Assembly (NCBI GenBank): GCA_028826165.1
Contig: JAPDFW010000037.1
Location: forward strand, 1-58,281
From: Anaeramoeba ignava BMAN
Taxonomy: Eukaryota; Protista; Anaeramoebae
Direction: 5' to 3'
Length of the DNA: 58,281 bases
The translations under genes were made by a program, and so were the position numbers. Of the stretch, positions 49,401-58,281 are shown piece by piece. The stretch's first letter is position 1; each line of letters starts with the position of its first letter. Under the pieces are notes generated by a model. That model saw only the letters and a program-made list of their open reading frames with translations. It was not told where the DNA came from and ran no database searches.

Positions 49401-50453
49401 TCAGAAACCAAAATCAATTTATTCATTGCATTATTAACTTCAAATCCAAATATTGCGAATATTACTTCAATTTATGAACTTTCAGAAAATTCGAAAATTA
49501 TGGACAATTTACTTTATCTTAATACAGAAATGCAAACATTTGAAGAAAAACTTCCATCATTAATTTTAATTGAAAATGAAAATGAAAATGAAAATCAAAA
49601 TCAAAATCAAAATCAAAATCAAATTGAAAATGAAAAACAACAAATCAAAAAATCACCGTTATCTCAATTTCTTGAAGAAACAAAACATATAATTGAATTA
49701 GATCTCCAAACATCTCATTTACTAGAATTAGAATTGAAGAAAAATGATGAAAACCGAAATTCAATTAAAGAGAATAATGAGAATATACAAAAACTGAACA
49801 TCCAAAATAAGGAAATTAGTTTGAAAGTTAGTCAATTAAGCAATCTTCTTTCAAATCAAATGAAATTTGAATCACAAATCAAAACACTTCAAAAACAAAG
49901 TGAGGAAGTGAAGAAAGATATTGAAGATTTGAAATCAAAAAACGATTTGATTCATGAGGAAATGAAAAAGCAATTTGGAGATTCCTTTTTGAAATTTTTG
50001 GAAAATGAAACAACAATTTCAGTTGATTTTTTAGTTTCAGAAACTGATGCAATGAATTCAGCTTTAAAATACTCAAAACAAATGAATATTTTTCTTAAAC
50101 TCCACAATTCTCATCTCCAAGCCAAAATGTTAAGAAATACACTTAATAATATTCCAATTATGGATTTTGTTCTCACTTATTCTGAAAAATCAGATCAATC
50201 TATCAATAAATTTCTTATTCATGAAAAAAAGCAAATGAAAGAAAATTATTTAAAAGGGTGTTCTCTTGGGAAAGCTAGATATTTATTGGATAATTATAGA
50301 AAATCTCAAGTTTCTCGAAAAATTGTTGATTTATCAATTCCAAATCCTTCAATATTTTTAACTTTTCAAAAACGGAATTTAGAATCGAAGAAAAATATTT
50401 TTGAAGAACAAATGAAAATAATTCTTAAAAATACATTTTCAAAAGAAATTTAA
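46458..50453 (+). CDS. CAP-Gly domain + basic region + long coiled-coil protein, dynactin p150Glued-like; multiple introns including a 10-nt microexon
   Basis: Spliced MTSKTKLSIGAKCKT..GIIKFIG...MIGIELSKP|NGDSNGTLNGISYF...HGIFVP (CAP-Gly), K/P/T-rich basic segment, and heptad-rich ORFs 47342-49366 and 49500-50453. Confidence 0.7.
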
Positions 50454-50519
50454 ACAACAAAAAAAAAAAGAACATTTATTTTAAGCAAACAAAACAAGAA
50501 AATTTAATTAAAACAAAAC

Positions 50520-52370
50520 AAATTTATTTACAAATTTATTTACAAATTTATTTACAAATTTATTTACAAATTTATTTACAAATTTATTTACAAATTTATT
50601 TATAAATTTATTTATAAATTTATTTACAAATTTATTTATAAATTTATTTACAAATTTATTTACAAATTTATTTACAAATTTATTTACAAATTTATTTACA
50701 AATTTATTTATAAATTTATTTACAAATTTATTTATAAATTTATTTATAAATTTATTTACAAATTTATTTAATAATTTATTTATAAATTTATTTACAAATT
50801 TATTTATAAATTTATTTACAAATTTATTTACAAATTTATTTACAAATTTATTTATAAATTTATTTAATAATTTATTTACAAATTTATTTAATAATTTATT
50901 TACAAATTTATTTATAAATTTATTTACAAATTTATTTATAAATTTATTTACTAATTTATTTAATAATTTATTTACAAATTTATTTAATAATTTATTTACA
51001 AATTTATTTACAAATTTATTTACAAATTTATTTACAAATTTATTTACAAATTTATTTACAAATTTATTTACTAATTTATTTACAAATTTATTTAATAATT
51101 TATTTAATAATTTATTTAATAATTTATTTATAAATTTATTTATAAATTTATTTCAAAATCGGATAAAATTTATTTAATAATTTATTTAATAATTTATTTA
51201 TAAATTTATTTACAAATTTATTTACAAATTTATTTACAAATTTATTTATAAATTTATTTAAAAATTTATTTAAAAATCTATTTACAAATTTATTTACATA
51301 TTTATTTACAAATTTATTTATAAATTTATTTACAAATTTATTTCAAAATCGGATAAAATTTATTTACAAATTTATTTACAAATTTATTTACAAATTTATT
51401 TATAAATTTATTTACTAATTTATTTGTAATTTATTTACAAATTTATTTAATAATTTATTTACAAATTTATTTACAAATTTATTTATAAATTTATTTACTA
51501 ATTTATTTAATAATTTATTTACAAATTTATTTAATAATTTATTTACAAATTTATTTACAAATTTATTTACAAATTTATTTACAAATTTATTTACAAATTT
51601 ATTTACAAATTTATTTAATAATTTATTTACAAATTTATTTACAAATTTATTTAATAATTTATTTAAAAATTATTTACAAATTTATTTACAAATTTATTTA
51701 CAAATTTATTTAATAATTTATTTAATAATTTATTTACAAATTTATTTACAAATTTATTTATAAATTTATTTACAAATTTATTTAATAATTTATTTAATAA
51801 TTTATTTATAAATTTATTTAATAATTTATTTATAAATTTATTTAATAATTTATTTATAAATCGGATAAAAATTTATTTACATATTTATTTACAAATTTAT
51901 TTAATAATTTATTTACAAATTTATTTACAAAATTTATTTATAAATTTATTTTAAATTTATTTATAAATTTATTTACAAATTTATTTATAAATTTATTTAC
52001 AAATTTATTTAATAATTTATTTAATAATTTATTTACAAATTTATTTACAAATTTATTTATAAATTTATTTATAAATTTATTTACAAATTTATTTACAAAT
52101 TTATTTAAAAATTTATTTACAAATTTATTTATAAATTTATTTATAAATTTATTTACAAATTTATTTATAAATTTATTTACAAATTTATTTACAAATTTAT
52201 TTAATAATTTATTTACAAATTTATTTAATAATTTATTTATAAATTTATTTATAAATTTATTTAATAATTTATTTACAAATTTATTTATAAATTTATTTAT
52301 AAATTTATTTAATAATTTATTTCAAAATCGGATAAAAATTTATTTATAAATTTATTTAATAATTTATTTA
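50520..52370. repeat. (AAATTTATTTAC/T)n 12-mer satellite, about 1.85 kb
   Basis: Direct reading; variant units TAC/TAT/AAT and four AAATCGGATAAAA interruptions. Confidence 0.93.
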
Positions 52371-52480
52371 AAAAAAAGAAACAAAAACCGTTAAAAATTT
52401 CTTTCATAAAATGTTTTTTTTTTTTTCATTTTTTTTCCATTTTTATTTTTCCATTTAATTAGTTATTTCTATTATTTTAA

Positions 52481-55423
52481 ATGACTTCAAAAACTTCTCT
52501 TGAAGATCCAAATTGTCAAACTGTTTCAAAAATAAAAACAAAATTAAAAAATCGAAAAAAAGGAAATAAACAACAACAAACAACACTTGATCATTTTTTT
52601 ATTAAAGTTGATCGAAATTCTCAAAATGCAAAATTAGTTCAAAATGATTTTATTGAGAATCCAAATCCTTCAACAAAAAAATCTCATTTCAAGAAAGATA
52701 TTCAACAAAAAACACAAATTAAAAAAAGAATAAAAATGAAACCAATTAAATCCACAAAAAAAACCAATAAAAATCAAAATCAAAAATCAAAATCAAAATC
52801 AAAATTTAAATCAAAATTTAAATGAAAATCAAATTGAAAATCAAAATGAAATCAAACCAGAAAAACTAACAAAAGCTACACAATTTAAATTCCAAAATAA
52901 AAATAAAAATCAAAATAAAAATCAAAATCAAAATCAAAATGAAAATCAAATTGAAAATCAAAATCAAAATCAAAATGAAATTCAAAATCAAAATCAAAAT
53001 CAAATTGAAAATCAAAATCAAAATGAAATTGAAAATCAAAATCAAAATCAAAATCAAAATCAAAATCAAAATCAAAATCAAAATCAAAATGAAAATCAAA
53101 ATCAAAATCAAAATCAAATTGAAAATCAAAATCAAAATGAAATTGAAAATCAAAATCAAAATGAAATTGAAATTGAAAATCAAAATCAAAATGAAATTGA
53201 AAATCAAAATCAAAATCAAAATCAAAATGAAAATCAAAATCAAAATGAAATTGAAAATGAAAATGAAAATCAAAATCAAAAAAATCAAAATGAAAATCAA
53301 AATCAAAATCAAAATCAAAATCAAAATGAAAATCAAAATCAAAATGAAAATGAAAATCAAAATCAAAATCAAAATGAAATTGAAATTGAAAATCAAAATC
53401 AAAATGAAAATCAAAATCAAAATCAAAATCAAAATCAAAATCAAAATGAAAATCAAAATGAAAATCAAAATCAAAATTGAAAATCAAAATGAAAATCAAA
53501 ATGAAAATGAAAATGAAAATCAAAAATCAAAAATGAAAATGAAAATGAAAATGAAAATGAAAATCAAAATCAAATGAAAATCAAAATCAAAATCAAAATC
53601 AAATGAAATTGAAAATCAAAATGAAAATCAAATTGAAAATGAAAATCAAAATCAAAATCAAAATTGAAAATCAAAATCAAAATCAAAATGAAAATGAAAA
53701 TCAAAATCAAAATCAAAATCAAAATCAAAATGAAAATCAAAATCAAAATGAAAATGAAAATCAAAATCAAAATCAAAATGAAAATGAAAATGAAAATCAA
53801 AATGAAAATCAAAATCAAAATCAAAATGAAAATGAAAATGAAAATCAAAATCAAAAAAATGAAAATCAAAATCAAAATCAAAATCAAATTGAAAATCAAA
53901 ATAAAAATCAAAATGAAAATCAAAATGAAAATCAAAATGAAATTGAAATTGAAAATGAAAATGAAAATCAAAATCAAAATGAAAATCAAATTGAAAATGA
54001 AAATGAAAATGAAAATCAAAATCAAAATGAAAATCAAAATGAAAATCAAAATCAAAATCAAATTGAAAATGGAAATCAAAATGAAAATCAAAATGAAAAT
54101 CAAAATCAAAATGAAATTGAAATTGAAAATGAAATTGAAAATGAAAATCAAAATCAAAATCAAAATGGAAATCAAAATCAAAATCAAATTGAAAATCAAA
54201 ATCAAAATGAAAATCAAAATCAAAATCAAAAAAAAATCAAAAAGAAAATAAAAATAAAAATCAAAATAAAAATCAAAATAAAAATCAAAATCAAAATCAA
54301 AATAAAAATCAAAAAGAAAATCAAAAAGAAAATCAAAAAGAAAATCCAAATGAAATTACAATGAAAGTAATCTATAATAATCACAAATCAGAAAATTATA
54401 AATTATTAACAAGATTAAAAAAAGTACTCTCACTTCGACTTCCAAATATGGAAAGAGATTACATAGCCAAAGTATTATTCAATCCAGTAACAAAATCAAT
54501 AATCATGATTCAAGATAAAAAAGTGATTGGTGGAGTGAGTTTCAGACCTTTTTTGGAACAAAAATTTGCAGAAATAGTCTTTCTTGCAGTTTCAAGTAAA
54601 TCTCAAAATAAAGGATTAGGAAGAACAATTCTTGCCCATTTGAAAACATATTGTCGATCGGAATTGCAAATTTTTGATTTACTCACTTATGCAGATAATA
54701 AAGCAACTGGCTTTTTCCAGAAACAAGGTTTTTCCAATCGGATTAGAATTGATCCAAAACGTTGGAAAGGATATATTAAAGATTATGAATTGAGTACTTT
54801 GATGCATTGTGTTATTTATCCAAAAGTTGATTACTTGAAACTGAATGAAACGATTGAACAACAAAAACAAAATCTTTATCATTTAATACAAGTCATTTCA
54901 AATCGACAAATTTTTTATTCTGGTCTTTGTTTTAGTGAAGAAGTGAAAGAAATTCCATTTGATAAGATACCTGGAATAGGTAAAAATGAAAAAAAAAACA
55001 AAAATAGGGAAAAAAGTTCCTAATTTTTTTTTAAATTGATTTTTTATTATTTTAGATAAAGAATTTGCAACTCAAATCAAAAATCAATATTCTCTTCAAC
55101 TAAAACCTTCTTTAAAGGAACTTGTTGATTATCTTAAAAATCATCCTTCAATTTGGCCTTTTTTACAACCAGTTGATCCACATTTTGCTCCTGATTATGA
55201 TAAAGTTGTTAAAAATCCTATTGATCTATCTATAATTGAAAAGAAAGTGGAAAATCTTGAATATTTTGATCAAATCCATTTTATTGAAGATATTGAATTG
55301 ATGTGTCGGAATTGTTTTTTATATAATAATAAAGAAACAGTTTTTTATCAAAGTGGACAAGCCATTTTAATTGCATTTCGAAAAAAAGTGAAATCAATGA
55401 AAAAAGCAAAGAAGTTGTTATAA
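52481..55423 (+). CDS. GCN5: GCN5 histone acetyltransferase (long NQ/NE N-terminal tract with frameshifts, GNAT domain, intron 54980-55055, bromodomain)
   Basis: LPNMERDYIAKVLF, GGVSFRPF..QKFAEIVFLAV, LTYADNKATGFFQKQGFS, WKGYIKDYE; the spliced last exon reads HPSIWPFLQPVD...APDY..VVKNPIDL...NCFLYN. The start and frame of the N-terminal tract are uncertain. Confidence 0.9.
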
Positions 55424-55666
55424 TAATTTTAATAATAATTTTAATAATAATCTTATGAATAATCATCATTTTTTTTTATCATCTTCTCTAATCTCCCCCT
55501 TTTTCTTTTTTCTTTTTTCTTTTTTCTTTTTTCTTTTTTTTTATGAAGGTTAATTTTTCCGAAATAAATTTTTTCATTTTTCAATTTAATTTTTTAATTT
55601 AATTTTTTAATTTAATTTTTTAATTTAATTTTTTAATTTAATTTTTTAATTTAATTTATAAAAAAA

Positions 55667-57337
55667 ATGCAAGAAGAAATTGATGAAAGTAAAAACAATA
55701 AAATTGTAAAAATGAATCTTGAAGAAACAATAGAACACATTAGATTCGGGAAATTCCAATTAACGGTATTATTTTTATCAGGATTAGGATTGATTGTAAA
55801 TTCGTCATTTGTAACAGCACTTAGTTTCATTGTTCCAATACTTCAAGATAAATGGGGGATAAGTGATCTTCAATCAGCATATTTAGTAACAGCAATGTTT
55901 GTTGGATTTCTTTTTGGATCTATGTTTTGGGGTTGGCTTTCTGATCTTTATGGAAGAAAATTGATATTCATTGTTCCCGGAATAATCACTTGTACTTTTG
56001 GAGCTTTAATTGTTGTTTCAAATTATTGGTGGTTGATGTTTTTTGAATTTGCTTCTGGTTTTGGAACTGGTGGAACTGTTATCACTTCCACTTTATTTAG
56101 TGAATATCTTCCAAAAAAAAACAGAGGGAAATTACTAATGGTTGTTGAGTTTTTTTGGTCAGGCGGTTTGTTTATTCAAACCTTGTGGTCTTGGCTTTGC
56201 ATTGCAAAATTGAAATGGACCTATTCTCTGTTTAGTATTTTTTTGCCTTTTTTGATTGTTGTGATTTTCTACAAATGGATTCCTGAATCTCCTCATTATT
56301 TGTTAGTTTCCGGTAAATTTAGAAAAGCAACTGATGTTTTGATTCGAGCTTCAAAAATGAATAAAAAACCTCTTCCAAAGGGTTTTTTATTAGTGATGAG
56401 AAATGATTCAGATTCAAATCCAAATCCAGAAGAGGAAATTTCCAATTCAAATAAAGATGATGATGAAATTGGAAATTCAAATAAAAAAGATGATTTGAGT
56501 TCAAATGATGAAAATTCAAAAAATTCAAAAAATTCAAATTTGAATGAAGAAAAAAATAACCAAGAATACCAAAAATTAATTGAACAAGAATCAATTTCAA
56601 AAGAAAAATTAAGTTCAGATGAAAAATTAAATTCAAAAGAAAAATTAGATTCAGATAAAAAATTAGATTCAGATGAAATCGTTGTAGATCAAGAAAAAAA
56701 AACTTCAGAAAAAGCAATCCAATTACCAGCACAAAGAGCAAAATTTCGGGATTTATTTTCCAAAAAATATGGAGTTAGAGGAACAACAATTCTACTTTTT
56801 ATAATTTGGATGACAAACAATTTTGTGTATTATGGAATGGTATTTTTAACACCATTATTTTTTGGATCGAGATCAGGAAACACATTTTTATTCTCACTAA
56901 TTGCAGGTTCAGCAGAATTACCCGGAATAGTTATAGGGATTATAATGATTGAACCACTTGGAAGAAAAAAATCAATGGCTTATCTTTGGCTTGGAGTTTG
57001 TGTTTCATCTTTGATTTGTGGAAGTGTTCCAAATTTAGTAGTTTCAGCAATAGCAATAATGGTTGCTCGTGCATGTATCCTATCTACATTTGATATTTTA
57101 TTAATCATTACTGCAGAATTGTTTCCAACTCCAATTCGTGCGGTTGCTTTGGGTTCTTGCAGTGCTGTTGCTCGTATTTCTGGAATTGTTTCCCCGTTTC
57201 TTCCTTACTTGATTTCTCCAAAATCAAATACTACCATTTATATTTATAGTGCAATCAGTTTCGTTTCCTTTATTCTTTGTTTGTTAATTCCAAAAGATAC
57301 AAAAGATGCTGATTTGCCTGATGGTGAATCTTCTTAA
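55667..57337 (+). CDS. Major facilitator superfamily transporter, SV2/SVOP-like
   Basis: IRFGKFQ, GWLSDLYGRK, SEYLPKKNRG, IPESP, GRKKS and AELFPTPIRAVALG motifs; about 12 TM segments. Confidence 0.92.
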   Translation: MQEEIDESKNNKIVKMNLEETIEHIRFGKFQLTVLFLSGLGLIVNSSFVTALSFIVPILQDKWGISDLQSAYLVTAMFVGFLFGSMFWGWLSDLYGRKLIFIVPGIITCTFGALIVVSNYWWLMFFEFASGFGTGGTVITSTLFSEYLPKKNRGKLLMVVEFFWSGGLFIQTLWSWLCIAKLKWTYSLFSIFLPFLIVVIFYKWIPESPHYLLVSGKFRKATDVLIRASKMNKKPLPKGFLLVMRNDSDSNPNPEEEISNSNKDDDEIGNSNKKDDLSSNDENSKNSKNSNLNEEKNNQEYQKLIEQESISKEKLSSDEKLNSKEKLDSDKKLDSDEIVVDQEKKTSEKAIQLPAQRAKFRDLFSKKYGVRGTTILLFIIWMTNNFVYYGMVFLTPLFFGSRSGNTFLFSLIAGSAELPGIVIGIIMIEPLGRKKSMAYLWLGVCVSSLICGSVPNLVVSAIAIMVARACILSTFDILLIITAELFPTPIRAVALGSCSAVARISGIVSPFLPYLISPKSNTTIYIYSAISFVSFILCLLIPKDTKDADLPDGESS

Positions 57338-57504
57338 AAAGTTAACAATTTGGAATGTTCTCCTTCTCCTTTTTTTTTTGTTTTTTTTTTTAGAGTTATA
57401 AATTTAATAAAATTTTAAAACCAGAAATTGCTTTTTTTTTTCATTTTTCTCTTTTCTTCTTTAATTAAGCAAAAAAAAAAAAAGAAATTTTAATAATAAA
57501 AGAA

Positions 57505-58281
57505 ATGATTTCAAAACAAGAAATTAATTTTCAAGATTTTGGAGAAGATGAAATTGAATCAATCGTTTTTGATTTTGGATCTGATATGATTAAGGCAGGA
57601 TTTGCAGGAGAGAATTCACCAAGAGTTATATTAAGAACAATAGTTGGAAGACAAAAATATATTGGAATCATGACTGGAGGAATGGGAGGAAAAGATACTT
57701 ATATTGGAGAAGAAGCAATTTCCAAAAGAGGAATTTTGAATTTGAAATGTCCATTAGAAAAAGGAATGATAATAAATTGGGATGATATGGAAAAAGTTTG
57801 GCATCATACCTTTTATAATGAGTTGCGAATTGCTCCTGAAGAACATCCTTTCTTGTTTTCTGAGTTTTTTTTGAATCCAAAAAAGCATCAAGAAAAAATC
57901 ACTGAAATCATGTTTGAAATATTCGAAGTTCCAGCTTTTTATTCAGAAAAATCAGAATTGTTTTCTTTAATTTCATCAGGAAAGAGAACTGGATTGATGA
58001 TTCAATCTGGGCATGATTTGAGTTATTGTGTTTCTATTTTTGAAGGCGAAATTTTGAATGATTCATTCACTCAACTCAATTTGGCAGGAAAATCAATTAC
58101 GGAATATTTAATCAAGTTAGTTAATCAGAGAGAAGGATATTCCTTCACAACTTTTGGGGAAAAAGAAATTGTGAGAGATATGAAAGAAAAAATATGTTAT
58201 GTTGCTTTGGATTTTGAAGAAGAGATGAACAAACATGAAAATATCATTCAGAAAGATTATGAACTGCCTGATGGGCAAATT
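57505..58281 (+). CDS. Divergent actin/actin-related protein (partial, runs off the right edge)
   Basis: SIVFDFGSDMIKAGFAGENSPR, YIGEEA, INWDDMEKVWHHTFYNELRIAPEEHP, EIMFE.FEVPAFY, EKEIVRDMKEKICYVALDFEEEM, YELPDGQI. Confidence 0.92.
   Translation, partial: MISKQEINFQDFGEDEIESIVFDFGSDMIKAGFAGENSPRVILRTIVGRQKYIGIMTGGMGGKDTYIGEEAISKRGILNLKCPLEKGMIINWDDMEKVWHHTFYNELRIAPEEHPFLFSEFFLNPKKHQEKITEIMFEIFEVPAFYSEKSELFSLISSGKRTGLMIQSGHDLSYCVSIFEGEILNDSFTQLNLAGKSITEYLIKLVNQREGYSFTTFGEKEIVRDMKEKICYVALDFEEEMNKHENIIQKDYELPDGQI

Noticed and set aside
1-58281. Alternative genetic code, tRNA/rRNA genes, transposases
   Set aside because: Long conserved ORFs end at TAA/TAG/TGA under the standard code; no structured RNA or transposase/RT motifs were recognised.

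Overview
Extremely AT-rich, gene-dense nuclear DNA from a unicellular eukaryote: standard code, short GT-AG spliceosomal introns, and pervasive (AATCAA/AATGAA)n NQ/NE low-complexity tracts. The composition, gene style and a nuclear intein resemble the metamonad Anaeramoeba, but that taxonomy is inference only. I read about 20 protein-coding genes: three tandem RCC1-BTB paralogues, a small E2F/DP-like winged-helix protein, a DOCK/zizimin GEF, alpha-actinin, a bacterial-type AlkD glycosylase, glycyl-tRNA synthetase, a divergent Arf, a SMARCAL1-like SNF2 helicase, an APC15-like protein, a Loa1/Vps66 acyltransferase, a GPR137/TOM1-like membrane protein, a PAS protein, a ZnT5/Msc2 zinc transporter, a BTB-coiled-coil-ARM gene, a CAP-Gly/p150-like protein, GCN5, an SVOP-like MFS transporter and a divergent actin. 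Two things stand out. (1) A 393-aa intein (Cys...His-Asn/Thr) with a degenerate LAGLIDADG domain sits inside the Walker A motif of the SMARCAL1-like helicase. (2) A gene largely missed by the ORF track, in which a BTB domain is followed by about 14 symmetric phase-1 exons, each encoding one armadillo-like repeat. Ten of these are tandemly duplicated exon+intron cassettes that vary in a mosaic way at the predicted binding helix, making this a candidate exon-modular, diversifiable recognition system. All calls come from reading the sequence by eye; no searches were run.
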